A stretch of 64,000 nt of DNA from an uncultured Clostridia bacterium (GCA_947088135.1 CAMUFJ010000007.1:2870-66869), one strand, 5' to 3'; shown: positions 17,701-32,700, counted from the stretch's first letter. Made by a program: numbers and translations. The notes: generated by a model not told the origin, from the sequence alone.

Positions 17701-20700
17701 CCATCGAGGGCGGCGGGACGAGCGGCGTCGTGAGGGGCGGTTATGCCAACGGCAACGCATCCTCTGCGCGCGGCGGCGGCGTTCACGTCGATACGGGCGG
17801 TATCTTCAACCTCAAAAGCGCAGTCGTCGGCGCGAATAAGAGCAACTGCACCTACGGCGGGAGCGGCGTATACGTTGCCAACGGCGCTACGTTCAATATG
17901 TCGGGCGGTTATATCGGCGGTTATACTACGTCCGTTGCAAACTATTCCTACGGAAAAAGCAGCGGTGCGGGCGTTTACGTCGGGAGCGGCGGCACGTTTA
18001 ACATGACGGGCGGATACGTTCGCTACAACGTTTCTTCGGGAACGAAGAGCGGCGCGGGCATTTTCATGAGCGGGATCGTGAAGATCACGAACGGGCAGAT
18101 CGGTAACGGTTCGAGCTATGCAAACAAGGCGACCGGTACGGAGAGCGCGGGCGGTATTTACGTTACGAACGGGGCGACTTTGTCCTTGGGCGGAGGTTCC
18201 GTTGCCGTATACAATAACACCGGTACGCTTGCACCCAACGTCTATTTTGTAAACGCTACGGCAAAGGCGACCATTACGGGCGCGTTCAGCAGTACGAGCT
18301 ATAAAATCGGCGTAAAGCGTGCGGGCTATGCGGATAATTACGCCGCCAACAACAGCAGTAATTTCACAAGCGGATGGTCTGCAAGCAACTCGGGCAATCC
18401 CGTGAGCTATTTCGTTTGCGACGACACGGCTACCCACAAAATTATTCAGTCGTCGGACAAAGAGGGCGCGTTCGAGTGTACGGTGAACGGCGTAAATTGG
18501 GAGAACGCCGTCAAACAAAGCAAAGCGGACGGCAAGCAAAAAATCGTCAACTTAACGGGAAACTGGACCGCAAGCGGGAGTTTCACTTCGATCATTTCAA
18601 CCGCTGAAGGGTACAGCAACGGCAGACTTTACGTGCCCGTGAGGGCGGATATCGTGCTCAATCTCAAAGGGTTTACCTTGAACAGAGGGCTTTCGAGCGC
18701 GAACAACTACGGTAGCGTGTTCTACGTTGCGGGTACGCTCGTCATCGACGGAAACGGCAGTTCGAACAGCATCGTAAGGGGAGGATATGCCAACGGCTAT
18801 TACTCATCTACCCGCGGCGGCGGGATCCACGTTGCGAACGGCGGAAAAGTAACGCTTCAAAACAACGTGACGTTGCGCAACAACACGTCTTCGGGCAGTT
18901 ACGGCGGAGGCGGCGTATACGTATCCGACGGCGGTTTGTTCACCTTGCGTTCGTCTTACATTCACTATAACTATTCCACGAATACATACAGCGGCGCGGG
19001 CGTTAGCGTCATGGGCGGCGGTAAGTTTGTCATGGAAAGCGGATCTATTTACTATAATAGGGCTTCGGGCAATTACAGCGCGGGCGGCGTATTTATTGCG
19101 GACAAGGGAACTTTGGACATTACGGGCGGACTGATCGGACATTCCAGCAGTACGAGCTATGCTAACGTATCCACTGCCGCGACGGGCGCGGGCGGTGTTT
19201 ACGTTGCAAGCGGCGGTATTCTCAACGCGGGCGGAACTGCGAACATCCGCAACAACGGCATCGGTTCTACCGTAACCTACAACACGAGGGACGTCTATCT
19301 TTTGAGCAATACGGCGAAGATAAACGTTATTTCCAGACATACGAATTCGAGCTATAAAATCGGCGTTTACCGTTCTGGCAACGGCGTGATCACCTCGGGC
19401 TACGGTAAGGCGGGAAATACCAATTCGCCTTCGACCTTCTACGTTTGCGAAAATACGACTTACACCATGCTTTCCGAGGGCTCGGGCGAAACGCTCGAAG
19501 GGTCGTTGCTCAGCGGAAATAATGCGGAAAACTGGTCTTACGCCGTTCAGCAGAGCCTCAACAATAATGGCGCGTTGCAAACGGTGACGCTTACCAAGAA
19601 TTGGTCGGCTTCGGGCGGAAGCTTCGGCTCTGGCACGGGCTATGCGAGCGGCAGACTTTACGTTCCCGCGGGAGCGAATATTACTCTCAATCTCAACGGC
19701 TACTCGGTAGACAGGAGACTTACGAGCGCGAACAACTACGGCAGTGTGTTCTACGTTGCGGGTACGCTCACCATTCAGGGTACAAATTCGAGCTATATCC
19801 GCGGAGGCTATTCCAACAGCTATTATTCCTACACGCGCGGCGCGGGCATTCATATTTACGACAACGGCACCGTGAACATGGAAGGCGGGGCGATCGTTTC
19901 CAACCGCTCCACGGGCAGCTACGGCGCGGGCGGCGTATACGTTTCGAGCGGCGCGACCTTCAACATGAAGGGAGGCACGATCGGAGCGAGCGGGCTTGCC
20001 AACACCGTAAGCGGTTCTCGCAGCGGTGCGGGCGTGTTTGTTGCCAACGGCGGAAAATTCTTCATGTCGAACGAAAAGTCCACGAGCTACATTTACTACA
20101 ATACGGCTTCGGGTACTTACAGTTCGGGCGGCGTTTACCTCGACGGCAACTCCGCGTTCGAAATGACGGGCGGTTACATCGGTTATTCGTCCTCCGCCTA
20201 TAATACGGCTACCGGCAATTACAGCGCGGGCGGCTTGTACAATAACGGCGGAACGTTTACCATGACGGGCGGTTCTTTCCGCAACAATCGCGTTACGGGC
20301 ACGTACTCCGCGGGCGGCGTATACGTAAACAGCGGTACGTTCACCATGACGGCGGGGTATATCGGTTCGAGCAGTACGAGCTACGCGAACTACGCCACGA
20401 ACAGCGCGGGCAACAGCGTAGGCGGGGTGTACGTAAACACGAACGGCAAGGTTTCCTTGGGCGGAACGGCGTTTATCTGCAATAACCAAACGTATAACCG
20501 CTATACGGGAAATTTGTACTTCGTAAATCCGAATACGAGCGCAACCATCGTATCGTCTTTTGCGAGCGGTGCGCGCATCAATATTTACCGTACGGCGAAC
20601 GTTACCACCAAGCCGGACGGCAGCGCCATGACGAACGGCTTTGTCGAAAAGAACGGTTCTGCGCTTTCCACGAGTTATTTCTATGCGGACGTTACGCTCG

Positions 20701-23700
20701 CTTCGGGCGCGGTCGATTACCGCATCATACACGAGAACAACGAGGCTTATCTTTACTATCTCGATCCCGTTACCAACTGGGAGATCGCGGTGAACACGAG
20801 TTCCGCGAGCGATCCCAAAACGGTGAAGCTGTTTGCAAACTGGAAGGCGGGAAGCAACACGAACTACACGACTGCGTTCAGCATGAACAGTAACGGTTCG
20901 TCCTATCCTTTCTATCAGGGTACGCTCAACGTGCCCACGGGCAGGAGCGTCGTTCTCGATTTGAACGGCTATACGCTCAGCCGTGAACTGACGGCGGCAA
21001 AGGCTCGCGCCAACGGTTACGTTTTGGGCGTGCGCGGCGGTACGCTGAAAATCATTGACAGCTCGACGGGCAAGAGCGGTGTCATCAGGGGCGGAAGCTC
21101 CAACAGCGCGTCCGTCGGTAGCGGTATTTACGTCTATTCGGGTACGCTCACCTTAGAGGGCGGGCGCATCATGGACAACTACGGTTCTTACGGCGTATAT
21201 ATCAATTCCTCGTCCGTGTTCAATTTGGGCGGAGATATCGGCGTATATAATAATAAGAACGCGAGCAACAACCCCGCGAATATTTTCCTGAGCTTAGACA
21301 GCAATCTCATCAATATCGTGTCGCCGCTCACCTCCGAGCGGGAAATCGGCATCACGCGCACCGTGCCTTACGAATTTACGAAGGGTTGGGGCAAGTTCCA
21401 CGATGAAACGGTAGACCCCGAATTGCATTTCTCTTCGGACGATCTGAATTTCCGTATCGGGCCTGCGGGGGCGGGAGAAACGACGGAAGTCGCGATTTTG
21501 GGAAACGACAATGCCTCGAATTGGCAATATGCCGTTACCACGAGTTTAAAAACGAAAAAGACTTACACCGTACAGCTTACGGAAGATTGGTCGGCAGGCA
21601 AAAACAGCAGTTACGGAACGGCGTTCGGCATCAATACCACGGCGTACTATTACGGCGCGCTTTACGTGCCGTCGGGCGCAAGCGTCATTCTCGATCTCAA
21701 CGGTTATACCGTAGATCGGAAACTGGCGACGGGGAACGTGTTCAACGTCGTCGGCAAGCTGGAAATCGTCGATCTTTCCGCCGAGAAAACGGGTACGATC
21801 AAGGGCGGAAGCAACGGCATTTACATTTATAACGGCGGAACGGTCGTGATGAATGCGGGTACGATAAGCGGAAACGCAAACTACGGCGTTCACGACTACA
21901 AAGGCACGTTTACCATGACGGGCGGAACGGTTGCCGACAACACGGGCGCAAGCGTTTACGTGGAGCGCAACGGCAGACTCAATCTTGGCGGGACGCCCGT
22001 TATCGACAACGGCACGGGCGGTAAAAACGTGGTTTTGGCGTACGAGTCCACCGTCATCGGGATCACCTCAAAATTTGAAGAGGGCGCAAAGGTGAGCTTG
22101 CTCAGAAAGGGCGTAGGTCAGCTCACAAGTAATTGGAGCAGATACAACGCGGGCGTTGATCCTTGGGAATATCTCACTTCGGAGAGCGACGTGTTCCTGC
22201 CCTCGACGGAGGAGATCTCGGGAAGCCTCGAAGCCTTCCTCATCAGTTACGACAACAACATCAACTGGCAGTATACGGTGTCGAGCAGTCTTTCGAGCAA
22301 GACGACGAAGAGTATGCAACTCTACGAGGATTGGACGGCTTCTTCGCACGACACTTACACGACGGCGTTCGGTACGACCTCCGCATACCTCAACGGCGCG
22401 CTCTACGTGCCGAAGGGCGCGAGCGTCGTGCTCGATCTGAGCGGGTTCGACTTGAACCGCGGTTTGAGCGAAGCGCGTGCAAACGGCTATATCATCTACG
22501 TGCAGGGCGAACTGAAAATCGTAGATTCCCGCGCGGCGGAAGAGGGCGAAGGCGCGCGCATTACGGGCGGGAAGAACAACAGCGGAAGCAGTGCGGGCGC
22601 GGTTTACATTGCCGCGGGCGGCGTGTTCACGCTTGCGGACGCGCAAATCATCTCCAACGAAGCAACTTCCGATTCGGCAAGCGCGGGCGCGGTATATACC
22701 GCGGGTACGTTCAACTTCACGAGCGGTACGATCACGGACAACGCAGGCGCAAATGCCGGCGGCGTGTATGTCGCGGGTTCGGGCGCACTGAACATGGCGG
22801 ACGGCACGTCGATCGTCGGAAACGCCGCAAACGGCTCGGCGGGCGGAGGTGCGGTTTACGCCGCGGGCGCGTTCGGCTTCAAGGGCGGAGAAATTTCCGC
22901 GAACACGGGTACGGCGGGCGGCGTTTACGTTGCGGGCGGCGGTAATCTCGCGTTCGAAAGCGGTAAGATCGTCGGCAACAACGGAACTATCGCGGGCGGC
23001 GTTTACGTCTATAACAGCGCGTCGGCGAACTTCGCCATGTCGGGCGGAGAGATCGTACAAAACAGCGTTTCGGGCAATAAAACTGCGGGCGGCGTATATG
23101 CCGCGGGCGGTAAGGTCGTCGTTACGGGCGGGTTGATTTCGCGCAACCGCGCGGAGGACGGCGAGGACACCGCGGGCGGCGTGTATATCGCGGGTGCGGG
23201 CAACGTTACGGTAACGGGCGGAGAGATCTCCGAAAACACGGGTACGAACGGCTTGCGCGCCGACGGCTCCGCCACGCTCAATCTGGGCGGGGTCGCGAAG
23301 ATCAGAAACAACGCTTCCAAAGCGGGGAACAAGATCGATATTTACATGACCAGCGAAACGCGCGCGATCAACATCGTTTCCAAATTCGAAGAAGGCGCGG
23401 AAATCGGAATTTGGAGAGATAAGGCGGGCTCGTTCACGAAGGGCTACGGCATTTACAACGGCGCGGAATCGGGCGCGGTCGATCCCAACGGATTCTTCCG
23501 CTCCAACAAAGAAATTTACAATATCTTCCAAACGGAAGCGGCGGAGGGCGAGTCGATCGAGGTTGCGGCGGGAATTCCTGCGAATAGACCTTACGCAATC
23601 GGCGCGGACGACGAAACGGAAACCCCCGTGTATAACGGTTCGGAACAGCTTATCATCTCGGGCTACGATTCGACCAAGATGTCCATCGGCGACCTGCCCG

Positions 23701-26700
23701 AGGGCGTAAAACTTACCGAAAACGGTTTCGTCGCAACGCACGCGGGCACTTATACGGTTACTTTCACCCCCGGTTCGGACTATTGCTGGACGAACGGCAC
23801 GGTATCTCCTTATCAAGTAAACGGGGTGATCGCGCCCAAGCCCGTAGAGCTTTCCTGGACGAATTCGGAATACACCTACGACGGGAACCCGCACAAACCG
23901 GACGCCGAGGTCGTTAATCTTGTCGCGGGCGACGAATGCAGCGTCACCGTGGCGGAGGAAAAGACCAACGCGGGTACTTATACGGCAACCGCTAGCGCGC
24001 TTTCAAACACCGATTATACGCTCGAAAACGGCAAGAATATCACGCACGAGTTCGTCATTCATAAAGCGCCAATGACGCTTACGTTTAAGACGACGGCGGC
24101 GGTCTACAAGCAAGCGCTTACCCTGTCGCTCGACGGAAACGTCGAAGGCGGTACGGTCGCATACACCGTTGAAAACATGACGGGAAAGGGCGAGATTCAG
24201 GGTGCAGACGTGCTCATGCCTACTTGGGTGGGCGAAGTGAAGGTCACGGCAAACGTGACGGAAACGACCAACTATCTTGCGGGCACGGTGAGCGAGGTAT
24301 TCACGATCGAGCAGGCGGAAGCTCCCTTGGAGCTTGCCGTTAAGGAAGCGAGCTACGGCACTCCGCTTACCCTTACCGTTACCGATTACGGAGAGGTGGG
24401 CGCGCTCGCCTTCACCGTGGAGGAAAACAAGACGGGCGAGGGCGAAATCGCCGTCGGCACTGCCGTGTTTAAACCCCTCTCGGTGGGTACGGTAGATATC
24501 CGCGTCACCGCCTCGGCAACTCATAATTATAAGGAAACGAGCGTCGTCAACACGATTACGGTGAAACCGCGCGTCGTTACGCTCGCTTGGTCGGATCTGG
24601 AATTCGTATACGACGGCGAATCGCACTGCGCGGCAGCGGAGATCACCAACCTCATAGAGGGCGACGAATGCAACTTGCAGGTTGCCGGCGCGCAAGTAAA
24701 CGCGGGTACTTACAACGCTACCGCAAAGAGCGTAGATAACAAGAACTATACGCTCGAAGGGGCGGAGGAAACGGTCAAGGAATTCGTCATTCACAAGGCG
24801 AATATTTCTCCCGTCGTCAACACGGCGGAAATCGTGTTCAAAAAGGAACAGCAACTCGACGTCGACGGCAATCTCGGCGCGGGAAGCGTGAAGCTTACCG
24901 TTTTGGCGGGCGGTACGGGAAATGCGACCGCCTCGGGCGATAAAATCAAGGGTACTTGGGTCGGCACGGTCGAGGTGCAGGTGGAAATCGGGGAAACCCA
25001 AAACTATCTCGGCGCGACGCTCACCGTCAGCATCGAGGTAACGCCCGCCGATCCCGAAATCGAACTTGCAACCAAGGAAGCCGTTTACGGAACGGCGCTT
25101 CGGCTCACCGTTTCGGGCAACGAAGAGAACGGCGCGGTTCACTATGCGCTCGCGGACGGCGAAACCAAAGCGAGCATTTCGGGCGATACGCTCACCCCGC
25201 ATTCCGTCGGCGAAGTGACGGTAAACATCTACGTAGAACCCACGCACAACTATAAGGAGGGCAATTTCACGGCGGTTGTTACCGTGAAGCCCCGTCCCGT
25301 TACCGTTATTTGGACGAAGCTCGAATTCGACTACGACGGCAACGAGCACGTTCCCGAAGCGACCATTACGGGACTTGTGGAGGGGGATACCTGTTCGGTG
25401 ATCGTCCTCGGCGCGCAGGTCAACGCGGGCACGCATACCGCAATGGCGGATTCGCTCGGCAATCCCAATTATACGCTCATCGGCGGCACGGACGTGAACA
25501 CCAAGTTCACCGTTAAGCCCCGCGCCGTAACGCTGAGCTGGAACGATCCCGACTTCACCTATAACGGCGAGATGCAGACGCCTACGGCGACCGTGACCAA
25601 CCTCATCGGCACGGACGAATGCACCGTAACGGTTCTGGGGACCAAGGACGCGGGCACCAATCTTACCGCTATGGCAACGGGGCTTTCCAACGCCAACTAT
25701 ACGTTAGACGGCGGAAGCAATCTCGTAACGACTTATGCGATCAAACCCTTGTCCGTCGAACTCGAATGGACGGACACCGAGCTCGTCTATAATGCGGCGG
25801 AGCAAAAGCCCACCGCAACGGTGAAGAATCTTTGCGGAAGCGACAAGTGCGAGATCGTCGTGATCGGCGCGCAGACCAACGTGGGCGAATATACCGCAAC
25901 GGCGTTCGGCGTTACAAATCCCAACTATACGCTCGAAGGCGGAAAAAATCTTTCCACCCCGTACAAGATCGTACGCGCGCCCATCACCGTTACGCTTGTC
26001 GACAACGTGCTCGTTTACGGCACGGAGGCGACGCTCGCGGTGGAAGGCAACCTTGGCGAGGGCGCAGTCACTTTCACCGTTGAGAACGGCACGGGTACGG
26101 CTACCGCGAAGGGCAGTTGCATTCTGCCCACCAAGGTGGGTACGATCACCGTCACCGCGACGGTCGAGCGGACGGCAAACTACGAGGGCGGTTCGGTTAC
26201 GGCGACCGTCACGATCCAGCCCCGCCGCGTAACGCTTGCGTGGGAAGAGGACATGGAATACGTCTACAACGGCGAAGAACAAGCTCCCGTCGCGCGCGTG
26301 ATCGATCTTTTGGAGGGCGACACATGCGACGTCCGCGTGTCCGGGCATAAAGACGCAGGGCAGAACCTCACCGCAACGGCGACCTCTCTTTCCAATGAAA
26401 ACTACACGCTCTTGGGTTGCACGACGCTTACTGCAACGTTTGCGATCGTACCGCTCAAAGCGGAGCTTGCTTGGAGCAATTTCGAGCTCGTTTACAACGG
26501 CAAAGAACAAGCGCCTACGGCTACCGTTTCCAACCTCATCGGAGCGGACAAGTGCGAAGTGACCGTCGCGGGCGAAACCAACGTCGGAAACGATTTGGTC
26601 GCGTCGGCAATCAACCTTTCCAACCCCAACTACACGTTGGAGGGAACAACCAACCTCACGGCGACGTTCGCCATTAAACCGCTGGTCGCCGACGTTGTTT

Positions 26701-29700
26701 GGACGGACACCAAGCTCACCTATAACGCGGAGGAGCAAGCTCCCACCGCAACCGTCGGCAATCTTTGCGAAGGGGACAGCTGTCTTGTCACCGTGAGCGG
26801 CGCGCAGATCAACGCGGGCACTTACACGGCTACCGCATCGTCTTTGTCCAATCCCAACTACACTCTTACGGGCGCGACCGACCTTACGACTACGTTCACC
26901 ATCGAACGGGCGAAGAGAGAAGTATCTCTTGTGGAGTCGGAAACGGTTTACGGCACTTCGCTCACGCTTACCCTTGCGGGCAACAGCGAAAACGGCAGCG
27001 TTTCCTATCAGGTTTCGGGCGGCACGGGTGCGGCGACGATGAGCGGAAGCGTCCTCACGCCCACGCGTGCGGGCGAAGTCGTGCTCACCGTTACCGTGGG
27101 CGAAACGAAGAACTACGAAAAGACGACGGCGACTTTGACCGTGACCGTTAAACCCAAGCCGATCGGACTTACTTGGAAAGACAAGGAATTTACCTACGAC
27201 GGCACGGAAAAGAAGCCGACGGCAACGGCGACGGGGCTCATCGGCAGCGATTCCTGCGACGTAATCGTGGGCGGCGGACAGACGGACGCGGGCGCATACC
27301 TTGCAAACGCTTCCGCGCTCTCGAACTCAAACTATACCTTGGAGGGCGCGACGGATTTGAGCTGTCCGTTCGTCATCAACAAAGCGAATATCACAGTTAC
27401 CATTACTTCTACGAGAACGACCTACGGCACGCCGCTTCCTCTCGTATTGGAGGGGAATCTCGGGAACGCGGAGGTCGCTTACACCGTAACGGAGGGAACG
27501 GGTTCGGGCGTCGTGGACGGCAAGGGCGTGTTCACGGCAACGGGCTTCGGCACCGTTACGATCACGGCGGTCGTCGCGGAGAGCAAGAACTACTTCGGCG
27601 CGACGACTTCGGCGCAGATCGTTATCGACAAGGGTCCCGCTCCCATAGAGCTCGCAACTTCCAACGCCGTCTACGGTACTCCGCTCGTGCTGGTGCTCAG
27701 CGGAGCGGACGAGGAGGGCAAGCTCACCTTTGCCGTACAGGACGGCACGGGCACGGCAACCCTTTCGGGCAATATCCTGCTTCCCACCAAGGTGGGTACG
27801 GTAACGCTCGTCGTGAAGATGTCGGCAACCGATACCTTCGTGGAAACCGTCAAGTCGTTTACCGTTACCGTGAAGCCCCGTCCCGTGGAGCTCGTTTGGG
27901 AAATGACGGACTTCACTTATAACGGAAAGGAGCAGACGCCCAAGGCTACGGTTATGAATCTCGTGGACGGCGATTCCTGCGACGTTACCGTTTCCGGACA
28001 GACGGACGCGGGCATGGATCAGCTTGCCACCGCAACGGCAGTTTCCAACGAAAATTATACCTTAGAGGGAAGCAGTACGGCCTCCACGACGTACGTTATC
28101 AAGCAAAAGGTCGTCGGGCTCGATTGGGGCAATACCGAATTTATCTATAACGGCGAGGATCAAGCGCCTACGCCCGCCGTGACGAATTTGGAGGGCAGCG
28201 ACGAATGCGAAGTCACCGTCACGGGCGCGCAGACGAACGCGGGCGACTATTTCGCGACCGCCACCGAGCTTTCCAACTCCAACTATACGTTAGAAGGCAC
28301 GGATAACGTTTCCTGTTCCTTCCATATCGACCGCTTGAAGATCACGGTGACGATCACTACGACGGAAACCGTATTCGGCACCGATCTCAAATTGGAAACG
28401 TCGGGCAATCTCGGCGGGGGCGAAGAATCGTTCAGTGTTCAGGACGGTACGGGTTCTGCGGAGATCGCAGGCGATACCCTTATCCCGAAACGGATCGGTA
28501 CCGTTCTCGTCACCGTAAGCGTAGGGGAAACCGCAAATACTTACAGCGCGTCGGCGGAGGCGGAAATCACCATTAAAAAGGGTACCGTTTCGGTAGACTT
28601 TGCAAAGAAGAGCACCGTTTACGGTACTCCTTTGAAGCTCGAACTGACGGGCAACGAAGAAAACGGCGCTTATCAATACACGATCACCGACGAAACGGGC
28701 TCTGCAATGCTGAGCGGAACGGATACGCTCGTACCGCTCAAAGCGGGTACAGTTACCGTGAGAGTCGTCGTAAACGAAACGACGAACTACGATAGAACGG
28801 AGTTCGAAGCGCAGATCACCATCGAAAAGCTGGTCGCGCAGCTCGAATGGACGGAGGGCGTGCTCGTCTACAACGGCGAAGAGCAAGCTCCCGAAGTGAA
28901 GATGGTCAATCTTGTCGGCGAAGATAAGTGCGAGATCGAAGTGAGCGGAGTGAAAAATGCGGGCAAGAATTTGACCGCGACGGCAGAGAGCCTCTCGAAC
29001 GAAAACTACACGTTGGAGGGTGCGGAGAATCTCGCCTGCACCTTCGAGATCGCTCCTTTGAAGGTAGAGCTCGAATGGGGCGAAACCTCGCTCGAATATA
29101 ACGGCGAGGCGCAGACGCCCGAAATCACCGTGCTCAATTTGCAGGGCGACGATACGGCGGAAGATTGCGAGCTCACCGTCACGGGCGCGGAAACCGAAGT
29201 CGGAAAGGGCTATACGGCAAAGGTCGAAGGCGTCGGCAATCCCAACTACACGATCGAGGGTGCGGAAAATCTTTCCGTTCCGTTCGAAATCACAAAGGGC
29301 ACTTTCACTTTCGAGATCATCGCGGGCGAAGCCGTTTACAACGTACCCATGAAGCTTTCCGTTTCGGGCAACAAGAGCGGCGGCGCGGTGACGTACGAGG
29401 TTACGGAAGGCCCCGCCACTCTGTCGGGAGATATCCTTACGCCTACGGGTACCGGCATCACGATCATCGTTAAGGCGACCGTTGCGGAAACGGATCACTA
29501 TTTCGCGGCGGAAGCGGTTATGAACCTGAATGCAGGAAAGGGCATGGCGGAATACGCGCTTGCGGTAAATACCGTCGTGTACGGGACGGACTTGAAGCTG
29601 TCCGTCGTGGACGCGGACGGCAACCTTGCCGAAGGCGAAATCGATTACGAACTTGCGGACGGCGGAACGGGTTCTGCGGAAATCAGCGGTAGTATTCTCA

Positions 29701-32700
29701 CGCCCACGCGTGCGGGCACCGTTACGCTGAAAATCACGGTCGGGGAAACCGAACAGTTTGTGGAAACTTTCTTTACGGCCGAGGTCGCGATCACGCCCAT
29801 GACGGCGGAAATCGCTTGGGAAAAGACGGAGTTCGTCTATAACGGCGACGGTCAAGTTCCCACGGCGCGTGTCACCAACTTGCTTTCCGCAGATAAGGAT
29901 AAGGTGGAAGTCGTCGTAGACGGAATGCAGACGGACGCGGGAAGTTATACGGCGACGGCGATTCGTCTTACGGGCGACAATGCGGTCAACTACGTGCTTT
30001 CCGAGAGCGGAAACACCACCGAGTTTAAGATCGACAAGGCGGAAATCAACCCCGTCATCACCCTGTCCCGCGTGTACTGTCAGATTCCTGCCGAAATCAC
30101 GCTCGAAGGCAATCTCGGCGACGCGGAAGTCGCATACACCGTCGTAGACGGCGGAACGGGTTCTGCGGAAATCAGCGGGAGTACCATTACGCCGACCGTC
30201 GAGGGTTCGGTCATCGTGAAAGCGGTTGTGGCGGAATCGAAGAACTATTACGGCAAGACGACGCAGGCGGTCATCGTCATCGAAAAGAAGAAGATCGTGC
30301 TCGGGCTTGCCCAAACGGAGGTCGTCTACGGCAATGAGATCACTCTTGTCGTAACGGGCAACGAAGAGAACGGCGCGGTGAAGTTCTCCGTAGTCAACGA
30401 TACGGGTTCTGCAACCGTTTCCGAAAGCGGCGTTTTAAAGGGCACGGGCGCAGGCACGGTCAACATTATTATTACCGTTGCGGAAACCGACAGCTATCAG
30501 TCGTCGAGCGAAACGGTCAAGTTTACCGTTTTGCCCCGTCAAATCGGCGGACTGAGCTGGGCGGTGCCCGAGCTCGTCTATAACGGCGAAGCGCAAGCGC
30601 CCGTTGCGTCGGCTTCGGGGATTTTGAGCGGAGACGAATGCAACGTCACCGTTGCGGGCGGCAAGGTCAACGCAGGCATTTACGCCGCGGGCACGGCTTA
30701 CGCATCCGCGCTCTCCAACCCCAACTATACGCTCGGCTCCGTCGGAGGAATCAACGCTCCCGAGTTCACGATCGAAAAGGCAGATCCGACCATTACGCTT
30801 ACTACGCAAAAGGCGACGCTCGGCGTTCCTCTCACCCTCGAAGTGAGCGGAAACGACGGCGAAGGCACGGTGAAGTACGAGATCGTAACTTCGGCGGGCG
30901 GAACGGGCGCGGCGGTCATCAACGGCGACGAATTCATAGGCACGAAGCTCGGAGAAGTGTACGTGCGCGCCACCGTGTCGGCTACCGCTAACTACAACGA
31001 GGCTTATTGGAACGGTACTGTCACGATCGAAGCTCCCGAGATTCCTTTGGAACTCACCGAAACGGAAACGGTTTACGGCGACAACTTGAAGCTCGTCGCC
31101 AAGGAGTACGAGGAGGGCGTCGTTTCGTTCAAGCTCGGCGAGGGCGGAACGGGTTCTGCGGAGATCGTAGGCAATACGCTGATTCCCAAGAGAGCGGGTA
31201 CTGTCACAGTCATTCTCTCCGTTGGTGCGTCCGACAGTTATCAGGGCGCAACCGAGAATGTCACCGTTACCATCAAGCCGCGCGCGGTCGGTGTAACTTG
31301 GGGCAATTTGTCCTTAGTCTACAACGGCACGGAGCAGGTCGCTTCCGTCACGCTTTCCAACTTAGTCGAAGGGGATACTTGCGAAGTCACCGTAGGCGGC
31401 GCGAGCAGCGACGCGGGCAAGCATACCGCGACGATCACCATGCTGGGCAACGAAAATTATATTCTTGCTGAGGACGCGGAGAAGAGCAAAGAGTTCGAAA
31501 TTACGCCCTGTATCGTCGTGCTCGAATGGACGGTCGGCGATTATACCTACAACGGAAAAGAACAAAAGCCCGACGTGAAAATATTGAATCTGATCGCGGG
31601 CGACGAGTGCGAGATCACCGTTACGGGGCAGAAGGACGCTTCGCTCACCGCAAAAGCGACGGCAACCGAGCTTTCCAACAAGAACTATACGTTAGAGGGC
31701 TGTGAAAACGCAACCGTGAACTTCGTCATCAAGCAACGGACGATTAGCGTCGAATGGGGTGAAACGCAGCTTGTGTACAACGGCAGACCGCAAACGCCCG
31801 TGCCTGTTTTAGGCGGGCTTGTGGAGGGCGACGAATGCGAGCTCACCGTTACGGGCGCGCAAAAGGACGTCGGTAACAATTACTCTGCAACCGTAGAGGG
31901 AGTTCTCAATCCTAACTACGCGCTCGAAAATACAAGTACCACCAAGTACTCCATTAAGCCCTACGAGCTGGAAATTACGGCGCAAGATCTTGTCAAAGAG
32001 TATAACGGCGAGTATCAGAAACCCGATATCTTCGTGACGCCGCTCGACGAGAATGACGACGTGGTGCTTACGCTCGAAGGCTTGGGCGAATACGGCGAAT
32101 ACAAAGTGGGCAAGTACGAAATCAAGCTTGTTCTCAGCGGTACGGCTAAGGGCAATTATGCCGTTAAGGAAGGGCAGGAAACGCTTACGTTCGTTATTAC
32201 GCCCATGGAAATTCCCGTGCTCGTCACGCCCAAAGACGTGACCGTGATTTACGAGGGAGCGCCCATTACCGCCGACGACATCGAAGGTTGGTACGTATTG
32301 GAATTACAGGGCGCGCTCGCTCCCGCCGATTCCGATCTCACGCCCGAAGAGCTGTTTGCAGGTTTGGTTTTAAAACCCATTATCAAATCGGGCGAAAACG
32401 TCTTGACGGAAATTACCGAAAACGGCATTTATCTGCTTACGCCCGATATTTCGGACGAAGCGGTCGTCTGCGGGAACTACGCCTTGAAGCTGATCATTGA
32501 CCCCGACGACGAGTACTGCGATCTGATCGTCAACGGCGAAAGCACCGACGTCATCACGCTGAGAGATGAATCGAATTATCAATTTATTACCAAGACGGAA
32601 GAGAACGGCGGTAACTATCGGTTTACGTATGCGGAAATGGGTTGGACGCATGGCGATCACGACGTCGGCAAGGTAGATAAGTACGTCATAGGGCAAATCA

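Noticed and set aside
11937-32200. Possibility that the highly periodic DNA is a CRISPR array or a non-coding satellite
   Set aside because: The repeat units are 0.25-1.1 kb long and diverged. They lie in one uninterrupted reading frame with protein-level conservation, and there is no short direct repeat plus unique spacer structure.
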